A DNA stretch of 64,000 bases, from NCBI GenBank assembly GCA_040954595.2, contig CM082578.2:5562831-5626830 (forward strand), in the 5' to 3' direction. Shown piece by piece: positions 1 through 13,836 of this stretch. Every line of letters starts with the position of its first letter. Positions within the stretch are counted from its first letter, which is position 1. A model generated the notes under the pieces. It saw nothing but the letters and a program-made list of their open reading frames with translations, was not told where the DNA came from and did not search any database. The DNA comes from Balanoglossus misakiensis. Lineage: Eukaryota > Animalia > Hemichordata. The position numbers and the translations under genes are program-made.

Positions 1-1036
1 CCTGTCATCGTTTACTTAATTTTTCCCCCAAGGAACTCTCAGATGTATTTTGTTCCCATCAGTGAAATGCAGTGGGAGGCTTTCTGTTGTGGACGCTTCG
101 GGACGCCACTTTCCCTAAGTTGTCTGGGTGTTGAAAGAGGGACCCTATCGTGGAACGTGGTCAATGGAGAACAGTATAATAGACAGTAGTTTGTGGTGCC
201 AGGTACACCGCCTCACCGCGACCTTTTAGAGAGTTCAAACCCCTTAACACCCACTCATGAGTCGGACTGAACTTAAAGCGCCTGTCCCTTCTCACTCTGC
301 AAAGGGTGAGTTTGTTTTGTGTTGAGTCTTGCAAGTAATCGAGGTTGCTTCAATCTACATGTAGAACATGAGACAGTCACTAGGGTCTGACTTGCACTGA
401 TGTTAACGATTTGGTATCCGAAGTAGAGTTAAATGAAATGCCCATTACCGAGGGATAATTGTCATATTTGTGGCTGTTTTATTCTGTGTCCCCTACCCCG
501 GCGGAGAACTGAACATGTATTATCCTAAGCTTTTTTGCAAGGGGCCACTTTTATGGAGGTGGCACAGCCGCGCTGAACAGAATCACCGAGACGTCACTGC
601 GTACTTTTCGCCAGTGTAAATCATTCTATCGCAATTACTTATTTACTTATAGGTTTCACAGTGTACTTCAGCTATGTATATTCTGTAGTATAAATCATGA
701 GGCACCTCTAAATCAACAACAGTTCTTATACATATTTAGGCAATGTGCTCGTCATCCGTAAAGCACCCCCCTTCTCTCTCTCCCGCTAGGTGAATGCAGA
801 AGGCCAATCCCAAATAATAAACAACCAGTTTTGCATGAGAGTGCATTCGCATAGTTAAATAGAGCACGGGATCTCTTGTCACCAACACAGGGTTCTGGCG
901 ACCGCAATCCCAAAACATTGTAAAAGCGAAGTGAAGTTTTCACAAGAACAACGGACGTCTTGGACACATCATCGTAAAGATCTTACAGGTACACACACGG
1001 TAGTGCGATATATTGCTACCCGATCAAATAAGACGC

Positions 1037-2121
1037 ATGAAAATGAAGACCTATATCTTTGCACTGTTCTTGAGCGTGCTGATCACAGGTAAGGCGTAAA
1101 TCCTTGCTAAAAGATTTCTGCCTTTACTCCGTGCAGGTACATTGTAACACCGTCAGCAAATCATCGTTGGGGAACGAGATCTACGCCAATTTGGCCAAAA
1201 TCTCAAAGGTGTAATATAACCCCTAAATTTAATTTAGTTTGTTTAGCAGCCACAGAATTATGCTAAGGAAACTTCGTCGTCATAAGTCCACAAAAATCAG
1301 TCTGTATACACACGACGCCCGTCTCTATATCTCCACTATACGAACTATAAAAGTCTGACTTGATCAATGCAGTGAAGTTATGTCAGTACACAAAAGTTTA
1401 CGAGAAAAGTCTAAGTGACCTATTTCAAGGGGAACCTTTTGTATGGTTTTTCGTCTTGCATATTTTAAGTCGTTGTGACCCCGAAGTGTGGCCCTACTTT
1501 GGTAAATGTAAAGTGCCTCTATTCAAGTATTCCCGCAAAGGCTGTTTAACAGTGCGGACACAAGGTATAGGCGTTCAACTTAGAGAACGAGCGTCCACAA
1601 AGCATTTGGGGTACAACAACGCACTGAATCCGACAGAAGTCATACTCATAACAACGGGCTTGGTCAATTTTGTCCTGCCTTGGAAATAAGTTATGGTTAT
1701 GGCACTATGGTCAATTTGCCCTTCTCCAATTTATTCACGGCGTGGATTTACATTGGTGAGGAGCGGATATATTGAGGATTCTGAAAGTTGATGTTTACTT
1801 TTCTATTTCCCTCCAGAGTCCTGTGTTGCAGACCCAACTGATCCACCAACACCACCAGCACCTACATGTAGCCATGGCTGCATGAACGGCGCTCCCTGTG
1901 AATGGCCGGGATATGGAGATGAATATCATTGTCAGTGTCCCGAAGGTTTCACCGGGGTATTCTGCGAAACAGGTATAAAGCCAATTTAATGTCTAACACG
2001 CAGACTGCCAGTTTAGTCTCCTGATGAGTCCAGTGACTCCCAAAACAACGTTGTAGTGATTACACCGCCTTATATTTCTCCAACCTTACTTTGCATAGAT
2101 ACATACATAGATACATACATG

Positions 2122-2173
<52 letters not shown>

Positions 2174-4534
2174 CATACATACATACATACATACATACAT
2201 ACATACATACATACATACATACATACATACATACATACATACATACATACATACATACATACATACATACATACATACATACATACATACATACATACAT
2301 ACATACATACATACATACATACATACATACATACATACATACATACATACATACATACATACATACATACATACATACATACATACATACATACATACAT
2401 AACTTTGCGTGGACTATCCTTAGTTTGTCGGTTGATAACCTCATCCAAGCAACACAGCAGGTGCAACAATTACGCAAGGTCTAATTATTGTTAACAGAAA
2501 TTCCCGACTGTAACTTGGGTTATATGTGTTATAATGATGGCGTATGCGAAGATATCGGCGGTGGTGAATTCTACTGCACATGCCCAGTGGGATACACTGG
2601 TTACCAATGCGAAACAGGTAAGAGGACATCGTGGAAAATTAAAAAGAGTTTGAAAATTAATCAAAGTAGAACGAGATGGACATAATCGTCTCTTGTACAT
2701 GTATGTGCAATAAACAATCGCAATCTGTAAACGCGTCAATCGAGACTGCACGCCCATTATGAGAACATCAATTTACCAGTCTCTTCCGTATTTGGATACG
2801 TTGAATATTGCTGGAACGTCGGTTGGACAACCTGTCAGTGACCCAATCAAATAGCAATTGCACTTTTGCTTCTGGTTTTCAGAACTGCAAGATTGCAGAA
2901 CTGGGGAGCTCCATGCTATTTGTCTCAACGGCGGTACGTGTATGGATGAGGCCGGCGATGTCTGGTGCAACTGCTCGGACGGGTTCACCGGATTCCAATG
3001 CGAAAAAGGTAGACCAGTGTTTCATCTTGACCGCGGGATGAAGTGACTCACCCCCGGTTAACCTGTTGGCAACCCGCAGTACGTGTGACGCGCCGGCGTG
3101 GTGTTTGGCCTCAGGCACCGACCACTGACAACTTACATTATCCTTTTCCAATCCCCCGATTCCATAGAAACCAACGAACACCGACAGCCCCGTGACATCG
3201 TTAATATTTATTTTTTAAAGCTATTCTGTACACCCATGCCTCGACTATAACCGCTCTCCCAGTAACAATTAAACATACATGTAGGTTATAGTACACTATT
3301 ATGTATTTGTAGGAGAATGGCGTATTTTAAGATGACTGACACATTTCTCTCTTCTTTATATGTAGTGCTGCCAGTGTGCGATTCGTGTCACCCAGATGCA
3401 GACGCGTGTGACATGGCCCCGTGTATGTGTGGAGGTGAATGCGGAGGTGAGTCTCTGACTAATGTTATCCAAACTATCGTTTATTTCTCTCTTTGACAAA
3501 ATAACAACTACAGACACTTTGAGAGATGGCACGCTGTCCTTGTGTCGTATAGTTTACGACGAGTTTCAGAAAGTTGACCATTCTGAGAGTTTTTCGTAGC
3601 ATGTGGTGTTAACTTGAGTCTCGCGAATGCTGTTATAGGCCTACATGTAATATAATAGATCAGTCTCACGCTTCAACTTGTTAGTGAATTTGAAAAAAGT
3701 AGGATTGGCGAACTTTGAAGCCGACCACAGCTTAAGCTATTCAACACCCATCCTCAGAAATCACCGTGTGTCTTGCGTGTAACGGAACTTACGACACGGA
3801 TTGCGGCAAACCATCAGAAGAGAATATGGACGGCGTGCACATGATGCAGTGTCCCCATGGCTGCAAGGTAAGGGGAGAACCATTTGATTTATGGGGGTGG
3901 GGAATGGATGGAGGTTTTTTGGGGAAAATCGTTAGCAGATGAAAAAACTGTTGTCCAAAAAGACATACTGTCAACCGCCCGTCGTTGACCATGTTGCTTG
4001 CAATGATATGTAATGTTTGCAAAACGATGTATAGTCGACATTTATTTGCAGACTGAAAATGGCATGTATGAAGGCCACTGGCATGTACTGCGTGGCTGTG
4101 CCGAAGAAATGTGCTGGAGCGCGTGCAACGAGAGAGGCGGTGAGTTTTCTTTTTATTTTCAATCAGCGTCAGAATTAGATGTGTCCTATGGCAGTCTTAA
4201 TTAATGCCGGGTGTATAGTAGCAATTTATCAATGCAATAAAAATTGTACTGTTCCGGTAACACGCACTCTAGTAATTGGGTTAGGGAGGACTGCGTAAAC
4301 GATCCTGACAAACGTCGCTTTTGTTGTTTTTTTGTTTGTTTGTTTGTTTGTTTGTTTTTGCTTTATTTATTTATTTATTTATTTACAAACGCAGAGTGCA
4401 GAAAGTGTTGTGAAGGAGATTATTGCAATAACACGCCAGTGGATCCCGATAATCCAAGTTCTGCATCGACGTTTGCCTCGCGCGTGTCTACCATCCTCGC
4501 CATTGCTCTGGTGGGTTTCCTGGCCCTCGTTTAA
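1037..4534 (+). CDS. GPI-anchored EGF x3 + Ly6/uPAR (three-finger) domain protein, 8 exons, ~290 aa
   Basis: Exons 1037-1088, 1817-1972, 2498-2617, 2883-3008, 3366-3446, 3758-3867, 4052-4139, 4395-4534; all GT-AG with matching phases (873 nt). Signal peptide MKMKTYIFALFLSVLIT. EGF motifs CMNGAPC..CQCPEGFTGVFCE, CYNDGVC..CTCPVGYTGYQCE, CLNGGTC..CNCSDGFTGFQCE. LU domain from CLAC through RGC to CCEGDYCN. Hydrophobic C-terminal tail SSAS..TILAIALVGFLALV*. Confidence 0.9.
2093..2400. repeat. (ATAG)n/(ATAC)n tetranucleotide microsatellite in intron 2 of the EGF-LU gene
   Basis: Directly visible; source of the MYVC ORFs. Confidence 0.98.
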
Positions 4535-5319
4535 AGCAGATGTGTCCTCGATCGTCGGTCACTGGAATTGAAGAAGCGAGTTTACAGAACAACCCCCCCC
4601 CCCTCTTCCCGGTAGAGACTAACCTGCACTGACCAAATGCTGCAGACTGACCATATCACCATAGACAGGTCACCACACATGATCAACACAACAACGTGTG
4701 CACGACCAACATGAAGTGATGTCGTGTCGCCATTCACTTCTTCGATCATTAAATTCAAGTGTTGTAATCTGTGTACATTTAGTAGTTTTCCAAAGGCGGA
4801 CCAAAAAAAAAAAACATTTCTATAAAGTGACCAGCTATTGGAAACATACTGGCAGTGTCTGGGATCTCGCTTCAAATGTCGGCAGTGAACAAGGCAATCA
4901 CTCTGATGGTTAGCTTAACCCCAAAGAATCATTTTGTTTTGATATGTATAATATAATTGGTAGATGAATATATTAATATCGACACAAAATTTGCATAGGT
5001 TAATTTACACAAAAAATCAACATATATGACCTTGCACAGTTCGCATAATTACAAACAGCAAGAGTCAGAAAAATCAAGTAATACAGTAGAAGGTTAAGTC
5101 ACGCCCATAGCGTACAGACGACCAAGTGATTGACATAACGAACACACATACCACTTAAAGACTCATAAATGTGGAAATTAAAATGCGTTATATCTCAATC
5201 AGAATTTCTATTTGTTTTGTATTTACACGCCCTCGAAAGTCATATATGCATGTAGGAATGTGATATATAATATATTGACTCCTTTATCTTTGAGTGGGAT
5301 ATCGTCTTTCTATACGTCT

Positions 5320-5643
5320 ACATGTATGTATGTATGTACGTACGTACGTACGTATGTATGTATGTACATGTATGTATGTATGTATGTATGTATGTATGTA
5401 TGTATGTATGTATGTATGTATGTATGTATGTATGTATGTATGTATGTATGTATGTATGTATGTATGTATGTATGTATGTATGTATGTATGTATGCATGCA
5501 TGCATGCATGCATGCATGCATGCATGCATGCATGCATGCATGCATGCATGCATGCATGCATGCATGTATGTATGTATGTATGTATGTATGTATGTATGTA
5601 TGTATGTATGTATGTATGTATGTATGTATGTATGTATGTATGT
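5320..5643. repeat. Compound (TATG)n/(TACG)n/(TGCA)n microsatellite
   Basis: Directly visible; a (TGCA)n block at ~5493-5565 is embedded in (TATG)n. Confidence 0.98.
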
Positions 5644-6952
5644 TTGTGTTCTTTTTATCACTCATATACAGTGTGGCATGCAAGGAAATACATTGGCTCT
5701 GGTAACAGGATGGATGGCGAGTTCGTTAATTTGTACCCTAGAGCAAACCGCTTTTTTCGTCTCATTTGATTCTGCCAAGGCCGAGAATGTTTGCTAATTT
5801 ATCCTGAACATGGACATTTTGACGGTTACATGATACCAAAAACCAATCAAGAAGAAAGAAAGCTTGAATATTACATGAATGTGTTTGCTAGCAAGAACAA
5901 GAGACCATGCGTCATCTCGTATCATCGTTGACAGTTGACCTATTTGCAACGACAATTTGTAAGGGTACGTGTATGTGTATGGAGGTTGCTTTAAATGGTG
6001 CATATTGTACGCTACTACGCTGCTCAATTTTACGCAATTTCGACGGTTAGGTACGTGGCAATTGAGACCGCATGAATAACATACATGTACTGATGGAGAG
6101 TTTCATAAAGAAAGTGAGAATAACAATGGGAAGAAACTCCATAATCCATTAAGCGTCTTTCAGAGAAATGTTGAGTATATCTCGGCACATTTTGCCCATC
6201 CTCTTTAAAGCGAATTTGACAGCTGAATTTGACATACTTTGTAAGAGAGGACGCCTGAGGCCACCGCGAACAAACACGAAGCGTAATAACCCACTACGCT
6301 CGAACTTCACCTTAACTGATTCTTGGCTGTGTTGTTCTCGGATGTGGGGCGAACAGCGCTACTGGCAGCATAAAAATCGGCAAAAGATAGCAGTCGTGAC
6401 AAAACGCGTCCAGAAGTTTTCGTAAACAAGAACATCGGTCTCTGATATACATGTACCGTTGTTGCATTTTGTTGCATTGGAGAAAATCACTTGAAAGCCC
6501 GATAGAACATGTTTTCACGCTTCGTTTATATTGTGATACACTGTTATAACTGTGTTATTTGTTGGATATAACTTCCCTTTCAAATACATTATTCTTATAG
6601 TACCTTGCACCATCTATTGAAATGCTGTAGCTCCAACTGTGAAGCCTTATTCACTGTTCACAAATGTTCTTCATTACACAGAGAGCGGCTTGGGATTATA
6701 CTCTTATTTCCCGTGCACGTAAACATTCAATTGACTCGTGACGATATTGGAGAGCTGTTTTCGCCTCTCAGCATTATTCTAATGAGATAAACTTCACAAT
6801 GCACCACTCATGAGAAACGAACAGTGACCGGGCATTAGCAAAACTTAACATTTTAATCGAGCGACGTTCGAGCGACATTCGAAATAATCTCAGTCATAGG
6901 CCCTGTCACCAGAAAAAAAGAACTTTCGTCCGAATAGAGATACGTGACCTTT

Positions 6953-7071
<119 letters not shown>

Positions 7072-10000
7072 AGGTGAAATAGACGGTTAAACAGAATTCT
7101 GTGACCTTCGTTGGTTTTATCACACTGATAATCAAACATAACCAGCAGCGACCAGAACACCTTGAGTATAATGTGCAGATATTAAGGTCGATGCATCGAA
7201 CATTTGCCCTTTTACTCTGCTGTACACTGTAATCTCGATGTTCTGTGTATAAACCTGACCACAGATGATTTTAACAACTATAAGTTTTCTTTAAAAAGAA
7301 CACGACATCGGATGGTACTCTTTTATGAAAAAATATTTGTAGAGTAGTCGACGTGTCATTAGAATTTTTAACTGTCTTTTCAATTTTCAGCAGGTGTTGG
7401 TGAAGGATGTCTCTTAATTCTCAAAAGAAGAAAGTCACTCTTCACGTGTTTTTTACACTATAAATGTAGGCTGAAAGAAGTCGTGGGATGCGAACGCCAA
7501 CTGTTAATGGGTTTTCGAAAAGCTGAAAAGGCATCGTTGATGTGGCTGTCGTTATAGCCTGAGAAATGATCCACACTCTTTTTCATATAGACATTTATTG
7601 CGTCTGCAATGTTATGGTCTCTGCAATCAATTCAATAAAAAAATCAATAACCATTTCAGACGAAATGGGCAAAAGGCGATCAGTTTTTCACCCAACATTG
7701 CACAATGCAATTTCGTCGCATTGGCGGAGGCCAAGTGGTGAAATCGTGTCATAAAGGATCGTTTGGAGACAACGATCCCGGAGGGACGTCTTGATTGATT
7801 CTCAACAGGAGTATTGATCCTGCCCAGACTTCGTAATTCACTATTACATCGACATTGCATTTTCTGATTTTCAAGGTGTGCTGTATAATAAAACATATGT
7901 CAGTACTTCATTTTGCCATTTCAATTTGATGCTTCGCCTGATACTTAGCATATACACGTCTGCTCTGCTATCGACAGTAGACAACTCGATGGATGTTAGT
8001 TCCAAACAATTATCACTTCACATCTAATTAATTCGTTGTTATGGACACCACTGAAGACATGTCTACGACGTGTTACAATGCGAATCGTTCTTCTTTAGCA
8101 AACTTAATGAATCGTAATCGATGAATAACTCTGATTACCCGTAGGAACAGAACTGCAACAGCTACATGTATAATGCAGAACGCCGAGCGTCTCATTGCAA
8201 GATTATCGATTTTCTCCTAAATCATTGAATGTGCAGCGTTCAAGCAACCGGCTACATACTTACATATCGCATTCTAATGCTCTTTAAAGCAGAGCGAATT
8301 ATTTCTGCCATAAAATATTCATTATGCCGGTGAAATGGCGCAAAAGGGTATATAGGGCATACGTCGTCCTCTGCTGGTCGCATCGTAAATGGTGACGGTT
8401 CTTCTTAAAGATTAATAACATTCGGCTAAGCTCGCCAGATGGCGGTCGTTTGGATAACAATAAATATTTCAGTAAAGAATTCGTGAGCTGTCCATGCTGA
8501 AGAGTACAATCCCCCAGAAAACCTCGACCGACTCATCAAATTCGTGAGTAAACGTTCCTTCCGACCGCTTCCCTCAATCACTACGACAGCAAGCGTACGT
8601 TGTGCGTCCTTCAGAATGGTGAATGATAGAAAAATTATTCAGTTGAAGAATACAAACTGGACCACTTGTCGATGCGTGTTGTGCATTCAAACATCAATCT
8701 TGCACCACTTGATAGAGACTATTTTGGAGAATTTAATCATCATTAGCTGTTCTTTTGTAGTAAACGAAATCTGAAATCCAATCGAATTCTTCTGACTATA
8801 ATCATAATGGGTTTCACAATCGGAAATTAAGTACTTTCAGTCAACGAACTGTGTTACTAAGTGGACATGCGTGACCGAAATTCTTGGCATTCAACGTGTC
8901 TTAAAGCATAAGTAGAAAGAGACATTTCAAATAGAATTTTGCATGGGAATTAAAATCCTTGCAAATATATCGCTCAAAAGTACACATATACTGGCCTCAA
9001 TCCTATTATTCAAACGCGGGGCACTTTCAAGAAGCATTGCCCATTTGAAATGCACTTACTGTTCTAAAATTGAGCTAATTACTGGGTTCATTCAGCTTAC
9101 GTGTTAACGGTGTCAGCAAGAGCTTGAAAATGGTAGAGTATTGGAAACAGCGGGCCCCGTTTATGCGTCAAAGGAAGCAGAGAGATGTAAACAACATTGA
9201 ATATGCTTTCCCCCCGGGACAGTCGAACTACTTGTCACGGCAGGTTTCTCCAGAAGTAAGACTTGGTTCTTTACTCGTCCCCGCTTGGAGTGTCGCATAA
9301 TTGAGGCTGTAATGTGTGGAAAACCATATGAAGTTACAAGCTTCACTGCTTGGCAAAATAGATACGCGTGTTAGAAAGAAATAACCAGTAATCCATTCGG
9401 ACGTTATAGATATGTTAAAGACTTTGGTATAACAACACACTCCATGGGCACAAATGTACGTATAGGACACTTATGGACACATAATTCTAAGATCCTGGTG
9501 GATTGTTGATGAATAGGCAAGAAAATAATCTCAGGGGAAAATGTAGAGATAGATCAATGTGTGAGACAGATATACCGTGGCCGCATCGCTCGGCATAAAA
9601 TCACGTATTCGCAGAAGACCCGTTTCTATAAAGAACACGATGCTGTGAAGTGTTTGCCTGAAATCCATTACCAATATTATTAAATTTACAGGACAAATTC
9701 GGCAACAATGTAAACCTATTCCCATTGGTACTGACTGTGCGTCCTTGCTTGCTGATTTGATTAGTCTGTCGTCCAAGGCAGACGTTTTGCGTATCTCAGT
9801 ATAGCTACAGCTGTCAACTGCAGTACATTCAGATATGTCATCTATGAATATTCCCATATTCAGCGGTTTCCTCCCAGTAGAGTATTCTGCTGCATAATAC
9901 GCTACAGAATCGGCTTCTTATGCTTCGTAGCAGGACGTATTCCTTATATTAGATTCTGAGGGTAACCTTTCTACGAGGTTGCATGACAAGAGAGATCATG

Positions 10001-13000
10001 ATTTCAACTTTACTGTCATCAATTTCTGACACTACATTACGTTACTGACAGCGATATTCCACTCATACTTGCCTATGGGGTATACATGTCCTAGTCTGAT
10101 CTGTTCGTTAGGCATAACAGTTCCAGTTGATTATGATGATGTTGCACAGAGAATGATGCAGTCACCTCTCTTGGGAACTTATAAATCAAGGTTATTGGTC
10201 TTTGTTTCTTCATTCAAACTCTTTTTGCGGGTGTTGCGAGCTTCTGGATCAGTACAATGCATCTCTTTAGGCAAATGGTTATTGACAGTATCGTTGACAT
10301 AGATTATGATTGCTTCCCACTTACAGATTAATATATGGACGGTGTAGGGCATGGGAAACAGGGACACATTATTTTCGCAACACTTGAAATCATACTTCCT
10401 GGTCTTTTGACTCGAGGCAGACATATATTTATTTCATATTACATTTTCTCTGTACTTGTTTGGTTGAATGTGCCCTGCTGTGCTGTGCTGTGGTGAAATG
10501 TCCTGTCCTGTGCAGGGTTATGATGTTTTTGTCTTTAATTTGCAATATAGATGAATATGAAAACAATTATCTGGGTATGGACAGCATGGAAATGTACGGC
10601 ACTGTAATCCTAGTATTACATCCGTATCACTAATGTTGTCATTCTCCTTTTTGTCGGGACGAAGACGTGTCAGGCGTGATTCTAAGGTTCGACAGGCGTG
10701 CACAATTCCACGCAAATACATCGTGCACAGCTATATATCCATTCTTTGTTGCTCCTTTTTTGGCTGACTCGTTCCAGCGCTTGGATGATACTAGTAAAAA
10801 GGAAATTGAATCATATGTGACTAGCCGGCTGGCTGGTTGACTGACTGACTGATTGATTGGTTGATTGATTGAGCAAACGGGACAGTTCAATGAGCGGGTC
10901 ATTCGTGCAATACCCAATGAACAATTTATGTTGACATAATATATGTCTCCAGTCTGAGTGGCCGATCATGCTACGGACAGTGATAGACTGAATTCAAATT
11001 ACGCGTGGCTTGCGCATAAGTCACGAAAGAAATAAAGATGACGAGATTTTCATTCCTGTGAGTGCCGAGCATAACCGAGTGTTGTGATTGATTGAAGAGG
11101 TGCGCAACCATGTATGACCGACCAATGGAAATTGTCAGGTTCAGAATACAACACACCACACGATTACAAACAAACAAAAATACTATTGAATCAAACAACA
11201 TACTCGAAATGTTACGTATTATAGTATTTGGACGACTGTTACATATTCCGCTCTCACCAGCCTACTCGACGAATGCATTTTTAAAGAGACACTCTCGCTT
11301 CCCTGGTAGTGTTAGGAATGTTTTGGCGAGTAAAAGAACAGACGAGGAATGCCTCGTGGCGAATCAACTTCATGATGGCTTAAATGAGATATAGCTTCTT
11401 TGATCCGCTACGTCGATAGTATGCTTAAGTACGTAGGCATTGGGGCTTTATTAAAGCAACTGGGACTCAATTCTATCACATGACGTACAAAAGACAGCAT
11501 CTTTTCTGAAAGGACAAATTGCATGAAAATCAATGGCTAAACGAGAAGAATAAGTGAATGGGGTTCTGTGTCCAAATATATACAAATGCCGTGACCTTTC
11601 CTCGTTCTGAGAATTGTCGAGACATCCGCAACATCAATACCCTTGACAGTCCGCCATATTTGGAAAGGTTGCCATGGGAGGCAACAACCATGTCTCCGGA
11701 ATTAATAGCATTGATTGCGAAATAATAGTATGTAGTAAATAAGAATTCAGTTCACGCACTATAACATACCTATACTGTACTTTATCGATCGAGAAAATGG
11801 AGGGAGCATTTCCTTGGGATATTTGACATTGGGAATGAAAGAAGTGACGTTTGCAAAATAACGTACATGTATGTACTTCAATATGTCCCATGTGTCTTGG
11901 TGCATTGTTTTAAAATGAACCATACATGCAGTTTGGTGATAGTCCTTGCACATGCGCACTCAGACAAGTACCTGTCCAGAATTCCCACTGTTTTCCTATC
12001 AACGTACTTTCCTCTCTGCACCCACTATACATTATATCCACCCGACTACACCGTCCTTTACTTCGATGTGGGAAGTTTCAAACCAAGTGTTGTCTGTTGA
12101 GGTTACATCACATAAGACGTCGACGATATCAAGAAAGCCGATAAATTAGCCGACCCATCCACCGTTAAAATATCAAGTTTCGCCCAAGATTCCAGAGTAT
12201 TTTAATCACAAACATGTATTGAAATAACAAATCATTGCAAGAGGCAACTGGTGCTTGTACCCTTTCCAAATACTCAGCAGACGGCACATCCATAATTTGT
12301 TAGTTCACGTTTCCTGATAAGACGGAAGAAGGTGATAAAAAGACGGCATAAAATTAGAAAGAAAATGGTGATAGCTTGATGGCCTTGAAAGTAGATAAGA
12401 AGTACACATTTAATTCCATCTCGCTTTTACTGCCCATGTTCTGTGGCACAAACGTGACTCAAATACCTAACATCATGCATGATTTACGCAAACAGCAAAC
12501 AACACTGACATATGACAGAAAACTACAGAAAAAGTTTCCTTATCAGAAAAGGCAGCCCCTGTCGACTTCAACTTCATTCTCGTTGATACAAAATCGTTCA
12601 TTCTCCACACCGGTATACGCGTATAGGCTAAATTTCAAGAACACGTGACCAAGTCTTCGAAACATCAGTGCATGTGTTGGAGGAAACAGAATCACCATTC
12701 ATCCCAGAAATTCTATTCAATCAACCTTAAGTTTCTATAAAGGGAATGGTATTATGTAAACTTGTTTGTGGAAAAGCACGTTTGATAACCCTTCATAGTT
12801 TAAAGTACTTTCACATCAAGTGATAATTATTAGTCATGTAATAAAACCATAATATTCTAGTTAGCTATAGACACATACGAAAGCCGTATTCATTACATGT
12901 ACAAATCAAAATGTTTCATTCACATTAAATCTGATCATGAACAGCTGTAACATAATGAATTCGACACATGAAAACTCTAAAACACCCCCGAGAGAGTTTA

Positions 13001-13801
13001 CAGTAAAAAAGAAATTTCTTTGTAAAGGATGCCCAGAGGTCCAGACAAAATAGTGCCATCGGCGTGCAATGAATACTGAATGACATTAAGCGACTGCTTT
13101 GTAGGACGTAAAGCAACAATCCGTCAACCTTGTCTCTGCACTTTGTAGCCGAACCATCTGTTCTATCTGTGCACAGAGACTCGAATTCGTCCTAGCATTA
13201 AAATGGGCGAAGGGTTATTTCGGGGGGGGGGGGGGGGGTAAGGTTCGTGGATGACGCGTTGGAGTCCTACTCTCTTTAGTTATCTGTGTTCATTGCCAGT
13301 ATATATTGCCGCCTGAAAAGAAGAAAAGAGAGCCTGGATAAAATTTCAAGAATCCCGTTCTCTGTCGGTCGCTCGTGTATACATCACTCATCAGAAGAAA
13401 ACGGGATCGAATTGCTAATATTTGTCTGTCAACAGCGAGGATTTCTGTGACATTTATGTACACTGCTAGCGCTGACAGTTGCCTGTCGAATGTAGCTGTT
13501 GGCAAAATGTACTAAGCTGGCTCTGTTTTACCACAGGGAGCCAATTTGAGAGCTCTCTCACTGACACACGCAACGCTTTTACATCACTTTATTGAACATT
13601 GCTATGAATAGAAATTAAACAGAATTATGCTGTGAATATTAAACCCGTTTCAAACGCGCCAACGTACGGTCACCGTGGCCGCTGTCAATTTCAGCTGTAT
13701 TGTATTTTACAGGCGCTTATTCTGTGCAAGCATCACAGGCGAATTAGGCGATCTTTTCAGGGAAACAAAAACACAAACAAACAAACAAAAAAACAAACAA
13801 A

Positions 13802-13836
<35 letters not shown>

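Noticed and set aside
180-315. GTTCAAACC B-box-like word, possible tRNA or SINE
   Set aside because: No cloverleaf or convincing A-box could be built.
2060-2477. ORFs with MYVC repeats (also 5212-5797)
   Set aside because: Translations of tetranucleotide microsatellites that lack stops; intronic or intergenic.
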